64,000 bases of DNA from the IMG/VR virus record IMGVR_UViG_3300022594_000001; one strand, 5' to 3'. Below, piece by piece: positions 8,545 through 20,600 of this stretch. Made by a program: the position numbers and the translations under genes. Positions within the stretch are counted from its first letter, which is position 1; each line of letters starts with the position of its first letter. Source of the stretch: a virus (Duplodnaviria; Caudoviricetes). The notes below the pieces were generated by a model, which had not been told where the DNA came from, did no database searches, and saw nothing but the letters and a program-made list of their open reading frames with translations.

Positions 8545-9285
8545 ATGAGATTTTTAAAACAACAAACAATTAATCGTAGACAGCTTCGTGCTACAACAGT
8601 TTATTCTGATGTAACAGATGCTAACGTTTACATTAATCCTAGAAATAGCGGAAGTGTTGTCTTACCTAGTGGCACTGACGCACAGATTCCAGCAAGTCCT
8701 GTTAACGGAATGATGCGATATAATGTAGACCATGGCGAAGTGCAAGTCTATCAAAGCAACACATGGCGCAGTTTACGTTTTAAAGAGTCAACAACTATTG
8801 TTCAACAAAGTTTAGGTAACTTAGACGGATATAGCTATTATTATGGCCCATTAAATGCAAGTTATAATCCAACAAATGTTGCAAGTGGTACTACATTGGG
8901 CGGACAGAATATCCTAGTGTTGATCGAAAACGTATTTCAAATTTTTAATACAAACTATGTTATCACGCAAAACCCAACCGCAGGTGTAACTACAAATGCT
9001 CAAGCAAATGCTGGTACAAGTACATTAACATTTGCATCAACAGCAAGTATTCCTACCGGATCTGTTGTGTCAGGTAGTGCTTACTTCCAGTCAAATACAA
9101 TTGCAACAGTAACTGATAGCCATACAGTTACATTAAGCAAAACAATTAGCGGCGGCAACATTCTTAGTGGTACTGCTATTACATTTACTTCGCCGGCTGG
9201 CTATTATTTAAACTTCACATCAGATCCTAACTATGCAGGTATGATTGGTAAACCTATCACAGTGTTGCATGGTTTTGACAAGTAA
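8545..9285 (+). CDS. Virion structural protein
   Basis: Contains VLPSGTDAQIPASPVNGMMRYN, a fibre motif also found in 9299 and 12629, plus a small beta-module (TLTFASTASIPTGSVVSG). Confidence 0.6.
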   Translation: MRFLKQQTINRRQLRATTVYSDVTDANVYINPRNSGSVVLPSGTDAQIPASPVNGMMRYNVDHGEVQVYQSNTWRSLRFKESTTIVQQSLGNLDGYSYYYGPLNASYNPTNVASGTTLGGQNILVLIENVFQIFNTNYVITQNPTAGVTTNAQANAGTSTLTFASTASIPTGSVVSGSAYFQSNTIATVTDSHTVTLSKTISGGNILSGTAITFTSPAGYYLNFTSDPNYAGMIGKPITVLHGFDK

Positions 9286-9298
9286 TTAAGGAAACGCC

Positions 9299-12200
9299 AT
9301 GGGCGCAGAATTAGGTAGAATAAGCGGCCCGTTACTAGCAAATAATTTGCTACGTCGTGGCGTAGACTTAACATTTAGAAACTTTGATGCTGATCCTGAC
9401 ATCCTTTACCTGGATGTTACAAACGGACGCATCGGTGTTAACACTAGTACTCCGACTCGTGAACTATCAGTTAACGGTACAACTACTACCAACAACTTAA
9501 TTGTTGATACACAAGGATCGATCGGTAACTTAACGCTCCTAACGTATCGCATTCAAAACGCATTAGGGCAAATTGTTGTTTCTCCTAATCAAAGTTCTAA
9601 CCCAACAGTTGTAATTAACGAATTACATTCTGATAATTTAAAGTTTTCAAACAGTACAGTAACAACATTATCGTCTAACGATAATATTAATCTTGCATCT
9701 AACGGGATTGGTAAAGTTGTTTTTAATACATCTACGGTTAATGTCAACGGCAATCTACATGCAACCGGAGATATTACTTGGGACGGGAATATCACTATCG
9801 GTGATAGTAACACCGACAGCATTACATTTGATGCTGATGTTACTAGCGATATTATTCCCGCTACTGATAATTTTTACGAATTAGGTAGTTTAACTCGAAA
9901 CCTAACTTGGGGGACTGCATACGTAGGAACCCTAGAAGCCAACAGTATAAATTTAAATAGCCTAACAGTTAACAACATAGACATGTTGCTTACACAAGGC
10001 AAGTTATGGTATGTTGGAGTCAACGGTAATGACAGCAACTACGGCAATCACCAACACTCGATGTTTAGGACCATTAGCCATGCATTGAGTGTAGCGCAGT
10101 CTGGCGATAGCGTTTTAGTTTATCCGGGTACATATACTGAAAATTTTCCGTTAACTGTTCCGCAAGGAGTAACAATAACTGGAGAAAGTTTAAGAAGTGT
10201 AAAAATAGTCCCAACAGTTGGTACACAAACACGAGACGGTTTATTACTTAATGGCGAATCAACTGTTGAAAATATTACAGTAGCAAACTTTTACTACGAT
10301 CCAATCGCAGATACCGGATATGGATTTAGATTTGCTAACAATATAACAGTAACAACTCGTAGTCCATATATTCGAAATGTAACAATCATAACTTCTGAGT
10401 CAACACTACCTGCTGGTAGAGGTGCATTAGTCGACGGCAGTGTAGCAAACGCTGCAAGCAAAGAAGCTAGTATGCTATTCCATGCTGTTACAATGATTGT
10501 ACCAAACGCAGAAGCTATTACAGCAACTAACGGATCACGAGTAGAATGGTTAAATTCATTTACTTACTTTGCTAATAGAGGAATGCATCTGACTCAAGGT
10601 ACATTAGGCTTTGCTAGTTTAGGTGTTAAGTTTGGTGCAGAACTACGTAGTATTAACTCTGCAAACGTATATGGTAATTACGGTGCAGTAGCAGATGGTG
10701 CTAGTACCCTTGCGTATCTTGTTGGGCATAACTTTGGTTATATTGGGACTGGGACTAACAGTAATAACGATGCTAATCTTTCAATACAATCACAAGAAGT
10801 AGTTCAAATTAATGGCGGTGTTATCTATTTTGATAGCATGGACCATAAGGGTAATTATCGTGTTGGTGAAATATTTTATGTAGATCAACAAACCGGACAG
10901 GTTAGTTTTAACGCACAGAGTATTAGTTTCAATGCAACTGGAAATATTACTATTGACGGTCCTACTGGACAAATTATTGTTGATGCAACTAAAGTTCAAG
11001 TTAGTAACATTCGAATCCATGATAACAACATAGACAGCTTAACTGGGCCGGTTAACTTTTTAGCACAATCAGGAACTACTACATTAAACACAACGGTTAA
11101 TGTAACAGGTAACACAAATGTTACTGGCAATACACTTGTTAGGGGTAATGTATTCTTAGGTAATAGTCCATTTGATTTAATCACTATTACTCCTAATTTA
11201 ACACAAAATATTTTACCTGGTGCTAATAACACATACAATTTAGGTTCTAAAACACCAACAACGGCTGTTTGGAATACTGGTTACTTAACAACATTTAACA
11301 TTGATGGCATTACTCAAATAACAAGTAATACAATATCAACGTTGTCATCTGGGACAGATTTAAAGTTCCAAGCATCGGGTATTGGAATTATACATGTTAC
11401 AGGAACAGATGTACAAATTAATAATAGTTTAACAGTCGGCAACACTCTAACTGTTAATGGATCGACAAGTTTACAAAATATCAATCCAACTGGAACCATA
11501 ACATTAGTCGGTGATATTGGACAAACTGGCAATACATATATTACTGGATTATTTGACAACAATAATATTAGTATTACAGGGTCAAATTCTTACCTTTCAG
11601 TTCCTAATATTAAATTACAAAATCAAACCATTAGTGCAACCGCTACTGATAACGATATTCGATTTTTTGGTAATGGCTCTGGCGGTGTTACATTTGATAA
11701 CAAGTTAAAAATTGTTGATAATGTTATCAGTAATATTTGGAACAGCCCGACAACTAACGGCCAAAAGAGCATTTATTTTACACCTAACGGAACCGGCAAT
11801 GTTGTTATTAGCTCTACAACCTATTTAAAGGTGCCTTACAGCAACGATTCTACTAAGGTGCTATCTGTACCAGGTGAGATTAGACAAAACAGCACTACAA
11901 CGGCATTTGAAGGGTATTTAAGTACTGGCACCGAAAGTTTTACTAACGTGTACAGTACTGATAAGAAAACATATATCACTCCAGAATTAACAATTGGAAC
12001 AAACGATAATATTTTACGTTTTACTGTAAACAATGTTGTTAAAAGTACAATTGATTCTTCCAGAGTTTTTTCAGCAAATATGCAAGTTGGAAATTTTGTA
12101 TTTTCAAATAATACAATTAACAACCCAGTGCCGAATAGCGATAGTGTTTTTAATGGAGCAGGCACTGGCTCTGTTAATGCTAATGGATTATTTTTTAAAG

Positions 12201-12481
12201 ATAATTCTATTACAAACGCTCAAAACTCTGCTATCACATTAGTGAGTAGTGGTACTGGTTATGTTAAGTTTGGTGGTAGTGGAGCAATCGTATTACCCTT
12301 TGGTCCAACTAGCGATAGAAGACTACTCCCTGAACAAGGTGAAACTAGATACAACTCTACATTAAACTATATGGAAGTTTATTCTGGAACATCTTGGATA
12401 CCTGCTGTTGGTACATTAGGTGCAGCATCACTAACAGACGTCCTTGACATTATGGACGAATTTGCCCTCATATTAGGCTAA
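9299..12481 (+). CDS. Tail fibre/appendage protein with a pectin-lyase-like beta-helix entry motif
   Basis: YVGVNGNDSN...FRTISHAL..AQSGDSVLVYPGTYTE...GESLR motif, fibre-shaft repeats, paralog of 12629. Confidence 0.7.
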   Translation: MGAELGRISGPLLANNLLRRGVDLTFRNFDADPDILYLDVTNGRIGVNTSTPTRELSVNGTTTTNNLIVDTQGSIGNLTLLTYRIQNALGQIVVSPNQSSNPTVVINELHSDNLKFSNSTVTTLSSNDNINLASNGIGKVVFNTSTVNVNGNLHATGDITWDGNITIGDSNTDSITFDADVTSDIIPATDNFYELGSLTRNLTWGTAYVGTLEANSINLNSLTVNNIDMLLTQGKLWYVGVNGNDSNYGNHQHSMFRTISHALSVAQSGDSVLVYPGTYTENFPLTVPQGVTITGESLRSVKIVPTVGTQTRDGLLLNGESTVENITVANFYYDPIADTGYGFRFANNITVTTRSPYIRNVTIITSESTLPAGRGALVDGSVANAASKEASMLFHAVTMIVPNAEAITATNGSRVEWLNSFTYFANRGMHLTQGTLGFASLGVKFGAELRSINSANVYGNYGAVADGASTLAYLVGHNFGYIGTGTNSNNDANLSIQSQEVVQINGGVIYFDSMDHKGNYRVGEIFYVDQQTGQVSFNAQSISFNATGNITIDGPTGQIIVDATKVQVSNIRIHDNNIDSLTGPVNFLAQSGTTTLNTTVNVTGNTNVTGNTLVRGNVFLGNSPFDLITITPNLTQNILPGANNTYNLGSKTPTTAVWNTGYLTTFNIDGITQITSNTISTLSSGTDLKFQASGIGIIHVTGTDVQINNSLTVGNTLTVNGSTSLQNINPTGTITLVGDIGQTGNTYITGLFDNNNISITGSNSYLSVPNIKLQNQTISATATDNDIRFFGNGSGGVTFDNKLKIVDNVISNIWNSPTTNGQKSIYFTPNGTGNVVISSTTYLKVPYSNDSTKVLSVPGEIRQNSTTTAFEGYLSTGTESFTNVYSTDKKTYITPELTIGTNDNILRFTVNNVVKSTIDSSRVFSANMQVGNFVFSNNTINNPVPNSDSVFNGAGTGSVNANGLFFKDNSITNAQNSAITLVSSGTGYVKFGGSGAIVLPFGPTSDRRLLPEQGETRYNSTLNYMEVYSGTSWIPAVGTLGAASLTDVLDIMDEFALILG

Positions 12482-12494
12482 AAGCCCAAAATAG

Positions 12495-12628
12495 CTAAAT
12501 ACTGTTACTGAGGAATTTAGACCTAAATTCCCGATATTAAACTGTGGTAAACCAGCAAAGAGCCGTAAAAACGGATGCGGAGCAATCCAAAATAGGTTAA
12601 CCGTGCAACACGGGGTAAAAGGAGAGCT
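12495..12628 (+). promoter_or_regulatory. Late promoter (CTAAATA, 12495-12501) plus multi-hairpin 5' leader (candidate cis-regulatory RNA)
   Basis: Stems GGAATTTA/TAAATTCC (12512-12531), TGG-TAAA-CCA, CCGT-AAAA-ACGG (12563-12574), GGAT/ATCC and CCGTG-CAA-CACGG (12601-12613) precede an AAGGAG RBS. Confidence 0.65.
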
Positions 12629-15600
12629 ATGGCTGTTGGTCGAATTACGGGCCCGCTCTTAAAGGCAAACCTTGTACGCCAAGGTGTGGACTTAGCCTTT
12701 GAGACGGACTTACTCTACATTGATGTTATTAATGGCCGTATTGGTATAAAGACCAGTTCACCTTCTACCGACTTACAAATCAATGGTACAACTCGTACTA
12801 CTAATCTAGAAGTTACTACCGAAGCAGACATCGCTAGTTTTACAATTAGTGGTAACACAATTGCTAGCAGCAATTCTGTAATCAACCTAGAACCTAGTGG
12901 TACTAACCCTGTTGTTTACCAAGCAAAATTATTAGTCAATAATAATTTACAGATTACTACAAATCAAATTAGTACAACAACTACTAATTCTGATTTAAAC
13001 ATTACTACAACTGGTAGTGGACAAGTAAACGTTAACAGCAATATGCTTGTTAACGGTGATTTACATGCAACTGGAAATATTACTGCCGATGGTAACATCA
13101 CAATTGGTAATAGTAATACAGATAACGTTACATTTAACGCAGACATTGCAAGTAATATTATTCCAGACACTACGTTATCTTATAACTTAGGTAGTCCAAG
13201 TAAAAACTGGAAGACAGCATACGTACAAACTGTAGAAGCCGATGCTATTAACTCTAACAGTATTTTAGTTAACGGTATTGATTTAGCGTTACCTCCAGGA
13301 AATACCATTTATGTTGCTACTAACGGTAGCGATACTAATGCCGGATTACACGAAAATGATCCTGTATTAACATTAAAACACGCACTAAGTATTGCAACGT
13401 CAGGTGATACAATTTATATCTATCCAGGTGTTTATCTCGAAGCATTCCCGTTAACAATTCCAGTAGGTGTTACTGTTCGCGGAGCAGGTATCCGTGCAGT
13501 TACAATTAAACCAACAACAGGCACACGTTACAACGATGCGTTTATTTTAAACGGCGAAACAACAGTTGAAGATTTAGCAATCACAGATTTTTTCAGTGGC
13601 GGCAATTATTTTACAGTAACTAGCTCGACAACTAATTCTGTAACATTTAATGCTGGTACAGCACCGTTTGCACACACTTGGGTAAGTGGCGGAACTATCA
13701 AATTTGGCGGAAATACATACAATGTAACTGGTGCTACTTACGCTTATACCACAGGTGTTACTACTCTAACATACACTGGTCCAGCAGCATCTGGCAGTGT
13801 GTTTGTATCTAACTTAACATTTAACTGCGGTAGTGGAACAACTAGAGTGTTCCCAGACAACGGGTATGCTTTCCGTTTTGCAACGAATATGGTTGTTACT
13901 ACTCGCAGCCCGTATATTAGAAATATAACAGTTATTACTCGCGGTAGTGTAACTAGCCCAAGTGATCCTTACGGATTTGATGCAGGCGATGCTGGTAAAG
14001 GTGCTTATGCAGACGGTGCTTATGCAGCTTCTTCATCAAAAGAAGCAAGTATGCTATTCCATGCAGTGACATTTATTACTCCTAATGTAAATTGCATTAC
14101 TGCAACAAACGGTGTACGCATTGAGTGGTTAAACTCATTCAGTTATTTTGCTAACAAAGGATTTTACGCATACACTAGCACGTATGGATTTGCCTTACAG
14201 GGCATGACACGTCTGCGTATTGATACACGAGTCGGAACATGGGCTGTAGGAAATACAGTAACTTATTATGATACTAACGGAACTACAGTTCTTGGCACTG
14301 GAACTATTGCCAGCATTTCTGGAAACTATGTTAACCTTACCGGAAGATGCTTAGGGTTCCAAACAATTACCGATCGTGCTGGCAAAATTGTTTACACAAG
14401 CGGTAATGCAAAATTATCAACAACTCAAAAGAAATTTGGCCCAACTAGTTTAGCATTAAACGGAACTACTGATTATCTAACTGTTGCAAGCACTCCCGAT
14501 TTTGAATTTGGAACAGGCGCATTTACTTTAGAGGCATGGATTTATAATACTGCGCAAGGAAGCGCAAATCAAATTATCTTTGATTTTAGAACTACAAATC
14601 CAGAAGTTACCCCAACATTATATATTAACGCAACTACCAACACATTACGATTGGCTGTTAATGGTAACTCGGTTATTGAAAGTGCATCTACAATTCCTCT
14701 TAATACTTGGACACACATTGCTCTTGCTAAATCTGGCACTAGCACTAAGATGTTCATCAACGGAACTCAAGCAGGTTCAACATATACAGATAACAATACC
14801 TACTTACAAGGCCCATTAACACTTGGCGCACGTTTTGATGCAACTAGTTTATTCTTTGGTTATATCGATGATGTAAGAATTAGCAAAGGTGTTGCAAAAT
14901 ATACAAGTAATTTTACAGCACCGACTAGTCAATTAAGCGGTGATTTAAATACTGTTCTGTTGTTAAACATGAACGGTAATAATGCGTCTACAACTATTTT
15001 AGATAATGGAATTACATTCCAAGACTTGCGTACAAGTGCAGGCGGAACAGCACAGTTAATTAATTTTGCAGACTATTCAGACTTTGGTGCTGAAATTCGT
15101 GCAATTGGATCAGCATGTATCTATGGTAATTACGGTATTGTTGGCGATGGCGTAGGTGTTATTGGATATTTTATTAGCCAGAACGTTGCATATGTTGGCT
15201 CTGGAAAATTATCAACTAATGATCCTAACGATCGTATCGATGCTAACGAATTTGTAGAATTAAACGGCGCCCACATCTATCACACTAGTGTAGATAACGA
15301 AGGTAACTTTAGCGTTGGTGCTAATTTTAATGTTAATCAAAAAACTGGTGAAGTTGTATTCAACAATCAAAGTTTAAGTATTACTAGCTTAACTGGTGTA
15401 ACATTTACCGATGGTACACATACAACTACTATTACTTCGACAGATATTACAACTGGTAATATTAGAATTCATGATAATAATGTTGATAGTTTAACTGGCG
15501 ACATTAATGTTACATCTGCAAGCGGTGCAATTAATTTACAAAATAATACCTACATTACAGGCACATTAAATGTTACCGGTGATGTAAACATCGGCGGCAA

Positions 15601-16906
15601 TATTCAAATTGGCGATCAAACATCTGACACAATTAACTTTGTTGGTAGCATTGATAGCAATTTAATTCCGTCACAAACTGCATATTACAACTTAGGATCT
15701 AGCTCTTATAGATGGAATACTCTGTACCTAAGCAGAGCTGAGATTGATAATTTAGTTATTGATAGTAATACAATCCAAACAACTAATGCAAATGATGATT
15801 TGCAATTAATTGCTGCTGGATCTGGAAGAATTTATATTCCAAGTAACAATGTTGCTATTGATCAAAACTTAACTGTTACTACAGATTTAACTGTAACAAC
15901 TGGAACAACTTACTTAAAAAATGTAGGTGTAACCGGTACAATAACACAGACTGGAAATATTAACCAAACTGGTAATTTTGTTACAAGCGGTAACACACAA
16001 GTCACTGGAAATATAACTGGAACAGGTTATTTACAATTACCACAAATTACAATTTCTGGTAATACAATTCAAACAACTACTACTAATGCTGATTTAAATT
16101 TAGTAGCTAATGGATTAGGCAATGTTGTTGCTGAAGGAATAAAGTTTAACGACAACAATATTCAAAGCGTTGCATCTAATTCAAACATTACATTAGTTCC
16201 ACAAGGTACAGGCGGCGTGATTGTTAACAGCAATCAAAGTATTCAAATACCTGTCGGCGGAACAAGTGATCGTCCTTTATCACCAAGTAACGGTATGATC
16301 CGTTATAACACTGACTTAACACGTTATGAAGGTTACAATAACGGTTATTGGGTTAAGCTAGGTGGTTTACAAGATATCGATGGTAATACTAGAATTGTTG
16401 CAGAAGCATATCCTGGCGCTAACGATAATACAATTTATTTCTATGCAGATGGAAACCTAACAGCAACTATTGACAGTACTAAATTATTTGCTCAACGTTT
16501 CCAAACTGTTAATTTAGACATTACTAGTAATACAATTACTCCTATTACAGCAGGCAGTGATTTAAATTTAACCACTACCGGAATAGGCGGTATACGTCTT
16601 GGTAATTTAAAGATTTATAACAACACTATTACTAACATATCATCTGGTGCTATTACAGAATTTTTAGAAACAGGTAGCGGTTATGTAAAAATTGCTGGTA
16701 CTAACGGTGTTGTTATCCCGTCGGGGGATACACAAACACAACGTCCATTAATACCAGAGACTGGTATGATGAGATTTAATACCGACTTAGAATTAGTCGA
16801 AGTATATAACGGAACAACTTGGACAAGCGTTGCTGGAGCATCCGGTGGCGTTACAACAGTAGAAGCAACAGACATTGGTATTTCTGCTGCATTAATATTT
16901 GGATAA
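12629..16906 (+). CDS. Tail fibre/appendage protein with beta-helix motif and an inserted LamG/ConA-like lectin domain
   Basis: Paralog of 9299. LamG-like segment at about 14384-14977 (KKFGPTSLALNG, FTLEAWIY, WTHIALAK, FFGYIDDVRISKG). Confidence 0.75.
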   Translation: MAVGRITGPLLKANLVRQGVDLAFETDLLYIDVINGRIGIKTSSPSTDLQINGTTRTTNLEVTTEADIASFTISGNTIASSNSVINLEPSGTNPVVYQAKLLVNNNLQITTNQISTTTTNSDLNITTTGSGQVNVNSNMLVNGDLHATGNITADGNITIGNSNTDNVTFNADIASNIIPDTTLSYNLGSPSKNWKTAYVQTVEADAINSNSILVNGIDLALPPGNTIYVATNGSDTNAGLHENDPVLTLKHALSIATSGDTIYIYPGVYLEAFPLTIPVGVTVRGAGIRAVTIKPTTGTRYNDAFILNGETTVEDLAITDFFSGGNYFTVTSSTTNSVTFNAGTAPFAHTWVSGGTIKFGGNTYNVTGATYAYTTGVTTLTYTGPAASGSVFVSNLTFNCGSGTTRVFPDNGYAFRFATNMVVTTRSPYIRNITVITRGSVTSPSDPYGFDAGDAGKGAYADGAYAASSSKEASMLFHAVTFITPNVNCITATNGVRIEWLNSFSYFANKGFYAYTSTYGFALQGMTRLRIDTRVGTWAVGNTVTYYDTNGTTVLGTGTIASISGNYVNLTGRCLGFQTITDRAGKIVYTSGNAKLSTTQKKFGPTSLALNGTTDYLTVASTPDFEFGTGAFTLEAWIYNTAQGSANQIIFDFRTTNPEVTPTLYINATTNTLRLAVNGNSVIESASTIPLNTWTHIALAKSGTSTKMFINGTQAGSTYTDNNTYLQGPLTLGARFDATSLFFGYIDDVRISKGVAKYTSNFTAPTSQLSGDLNTVLLLNMNGNNASTTILDNGITFQDLRTSAGGTAQLINFADYSDFGAEIRAIGSACIYGNYGIVGDGVGVIGYFISQNVAYVGSGKLSTNDPNDRIDANEFVELNGAHIYHTSVDNEGNFSVGANFNVNQKTGEVVFNNQSLSITSLTGVTFTDGTHTTTITSTDITTGNIRIHDNNVDSLTGDINVTSASGAINLQNNTYITGTLNVTGDVNIGGNIQIGDQTSDTINFVGSIDSNLIPSQTAYYNLGSSSYRWNTLYLSRAEIDNLVIDSNTIQTTNANDDLQLIAAGSGRIYIPSNNVAIDQNLTVTTDLTVTTGTTYLKNVGVTGTITQTGNINQTGNFVTSGNTQVTGNITGTGYLQLPQITISGNTIQTTTTNADLNLVANGLGNVVAEGIKFNDNNIQSVASNSNITLVPQGTGGVIVNSNQSIQIPVGGTSDRPLSPSNGMIRYNTDLTRYEGYNNGYWVKLGGLQDIDGNTRIVAEAYPGANDNTIYFYADGNLTATIDSTKLFAQRFQTVNLDITSNTITPITAGSDLNLTTTGIGGIRLGNLKIYNNTITNISSGAITEFLETGSGYVKIAGTNGVVIPSGDTQTQRPLIPETGMMRFNTDLELVEVYNGTTWTSVAGASGGVTTVEATDIGISAALIFG

Positions 16907-16912
16907 AAGATT

Positions 16913-17242
16913 ATGGCATCATTTTTTAGAACTAAAGTAGTCAATGGGATTGGTACAACACCAGTTGATGTTCTTGCAACATCAGTGGGTAATAGATTTA
17001 CACTCATTGGATGCAATCTTGCAAACACAACAGACGAAGATGTAATCGTTGATGTAACGGTTACAGATGCATATAACGTTACTGGATACTATATTAAGCA
17101 GCTAGTAATTTCACCGTATACTAGTGCCAAGGTTGTTACTAATGGTGAAAAAATTATTTTAGCAGAAAATACAACAATGACTATCGTAAGCGATACCGCT
17201 AGTAGCGTTGATTTAATTGCTAGCTATGCAGAGATTGTTTAA
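16913..17242 (+). CDS. Small beta-rich virion protein (paralog family)
   Basis: 109 aa with GEKIIL motif, directly after a fibre gene ending AALIFG. Confidence 0.6.
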   Translation: MASFFRTKVVNGIGTTPVDVLATSVGNRFTLIGCNLANTTDEDVIVDVTVTDAYNVTGYYIKQLVISPYTSAKVVTNGEKIILAENTTMTIVSDTASSVDLIASYAEIV

Positions 17243-17255
17243 TAGGAGATAAAAA

Positions 17256-17615
17256 ATGTCAAGCACATATCAATTTGGTCGTTCACAGGAAGAATTAATA
17301 GGAGATACACCTAGATATTTTTATGCTCTACGTAGAACAGACGATGGCGAATTATATTTTGCTAGAGTGGATCAACTTAGCAGAACAGACGGAATTCAAA
17401 TTAATGCAGAAGGTACAAGCGATGGTAATTTTCCAGATTTTGAACCAGGTGCAGACTTCTTTGAAGGCAGAGATGTAGAACACGATTTAGTGTTTGAGAA
17501 TTTAAATTATGAACAAATGCGTTGGGATCAAAGAAATTTATACTATTACATCGACGATGCAGGAAATTTAGTAGTCAGAACTGATATAAAATATACATAT
17601 CCAACCGGCATATAA
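17256..17615 (+). CDS. Hypothetical protein (119 aa), probably virion-associated
   Basis: Good RBS (AGGAG) and embedded in the fibre cluster. Confidence 0.6.
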   Translation: MSSTYQFGRSQEELIGDTPRYFYALRRTDDGELYFARVDQLSRTDGIQINAEGTSDGNFPDFEPGADFFEGRDVEHDLVFENLNYEQMRWDQRNLYYYIDDAGNLVVRTDIKYTYPTGI

Positions 17616-17647
17616 ATAATTAAAATTCATAATAACTGAGGTAAGAA

Positions 17648-20600
17648 ATGGCAGAATTTAAAATACCACGAATTAGATTCACTTGGAAAGGTGACTGGGC
17701 GACTAGCACTGCATATACAAAAGACGATATTGTTCGTTATCACGGTAAGTCGTACGTCTGTTTGGTTGGACACACTGCTTCTGCGGACTTCAATACTGAT
17801 TTAGATTTTATTGATGTAACAACACAACCAGACACTCCTGCTCCAAAATGGGTATTGTGGTTTGATGGATATGAGTGGCGCAATCAATGGACGCCTAACA
17901 CTCTTTACAACATGGGTGATTATATCCAGTATGACAGTATCATTTATATTTGTACTAACAGTCACACATCTTCTGCTACGCTACTTACAGGAATTGAACC
18001 AGACTTAGTCAATTGGACTGTCTATGCCAGAACTGAAAACTGGACAAAAAATTGGACCGTTGGTACAAGATATAGATTAAATGATGTTGTTCGATATGGC
18101 GGCACATTATACCGTTGTAACACTGGACACGTGAGTGCCGCAACAGTTACTTTAGGACTAGAAGCTAATACTAGCTTTTGGGATGTTTTGCTGTATGCAT
18201 ACGACTGGAGCACTGATTGGACTGTATCAACCCGTTATAAATTAGGTGACGTTGTGCGTTACGGCGGAATTATTTACAAGTGTACACAAGGACATACTAG
18301 TGCAGCAACTGCTACTATTGGTATCGATCCAGACATTAGTAAATGGACGATTGTACATAACGGCATTGATTATAAATTTGCTTGGACTTCTAGTTTCCGT
18401 TACAAATTAAACGACATTGTAAAATACGGGGCAGATTTATATATTTGCTCAACCGCCCATACATCTTCAACTACATTTAGCACAACTAATTTTACTATTT
18501 GGCTTCCAGCTTTAGAATTTGCAAATTCTTGGAGCAGTGTAGTTTCTTATGTTAAGGGAGATATTGTAACTTATGGCGGTTACCAATACACTAGTAACAG
18601 TACTAATAATTTAAACAACGTACCATCAACAGATACTACTAACTGGACATTGTTAGTTAAAAATTATAACATTAGAAACGAATGGGATGTAACGGCTAAT
18701 TACAGAACTGGTGACTTAGTCCGTCGAGATGGATATCTTTACGTAGCTATTCTTGATAGTCAAGCACAAGAAACTACTAACATTACATACTGGACATTAG
18801 TAAATCCAGGTATGCAATGGAGAGGTCCGTGGAACAAATCAAATACATATGTTATCGGTGATGTTGTAACATTTTATTCTACTTCTTATATTTGTACAAG
18901 TAAAGTTAATTCAGTATCATCGCCTGACAACGATCCGGCACACTGGACAATTTATATCCGTGGTGATCAATTTGAAACATTGCAATATCAGGGTGATATT
19001 CAAACATACGATAATAAGCAATGGGCTGCTGTATCAATAGGGTCAGAAGGTAATTTACTTAAAGTTTCATCTAACGGTCAATCAATGTTACCAGTACCTG
19101 CATGGAATGATTGGGGTGTTATTGGTAACGTTTATTACGTAGCACCTACAGGAACTGATACTGTAACATACGGAAAAACTGTTACTACCCCGTGGAGAAC
19201 CGTTAAGTACGCATGTACTCAGGTATCTGGACCAGCAACTATCTTTATTAAAACTGGAACATATAGTGAATCACTGCCAATTAGTATTCCGGCCGGTGTT
19301 GCTCTAGTAGGCGATGAATTGAGAGGTGCAGTAATTCAGCCAGCTCGAGTAATTAACGCCGTTGCTACATCGTCTAGTTCTACTACTAACACAATCATTG
19401 TTAATACTACGATAGGCATGCAGGCGAACGATGCAATTCAAATTGTTGTTCCAACAATTACAGCAACTGTATTATCAACCTCATCAATTGGCAATAAAGT
19501 ATTTTTATCTAATACAATTGGAATGTATTCTGGAATGCCAATTATTTTCTCAGGAAACTCAGTTGGTAACTTAACTGCGAACACAACATATTACATTGTA
19601 GCTTACGATTCTGTAACTGCTTACATTACTATTAGTTTAACCGTAGGCGGATCTGTTGTAACTCAGCAAACTGCACAAGGTTCTATGGGTGTAACTGCTG
19701 GCGCATTTGCCGGACTTACTTCTGGGCAAACATATTACATTATCGGTTCATCAATTACCCCAACTAGTTTCCAAATATCGTTAACATCAGGCGGAACAAC
19801 CCCTGCACCATTAGCAGATTCTTCAAATCAAACAGCGGCGGTATACGGCGCAGACGGTATTAAAGATATGTTCTATGTTCGTAACGGTTGCGGTATTAGA
19901 AACATGACACTTCGTGGGCTAACTGGTGGTTTAAGTGCTGCTAACGTATATGGAACTAAGCGTCCAACAGCAGGATCATATGTAAGTTTAGATCCGGGAT
20001 CAGGACCTGGGGATTCGTCTGTTTGGATTACAACTAAGTCACCGTACGTACAAAACGTTACAACTTTTGGACAAGGATGCACTGGTTTAAAAATTGACGG
20101 TTCACTTCATAACAACGGAAATAGATCTATTGTTGCTAACGACTTTACACAAATTTTAAGTGATGGTATTGGAGCATGGTGTACTGGACATAATGCATTA
20201 ACTGAATTAGTTTCGGTGTTCTCATACTACGGACACTGTGGATATCTTGCAGAAGCTGGCGGGAAAATTCGTGCTACTAACGGTAACACTTCATACGGTA
20301 GTTACGGATGTGTTGCAGAGGGATTTGATAGTACTGAAGTTCCACTAAATGGAACAGTTAATAATAGAAATCAACAAGCACAAATTGCTGCGGCATTTAT
20401 TGGTGAAGCTACTAATAAGATTTTAAAATTAGAATTTAGCAATGCCGGACAAGGATACACTGGTGCAACATACACATTTTCTGGTGCTGGACAAAGTGCA
20501 AACGCTGTTCAGGACGAATTCAGAGATGGCGGCATTTTTGAAGGGCGCATTACTGGTACTGATTATAGTGCTGGAGGTTTAGGATATATTACCGCAGGTA

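Noticed and set aside
12532-12600. Twister or hammerhead ribozyme in the 12.5-kb leader
   Set aside because: A UAA...GCGGAG arrangement is superficially twister-like, but the conserved P4-loop/pseudoknot residues and the hammerhead CUGANGA/GAAA cores are absent. It is kept only as an unclassified structured RNA.
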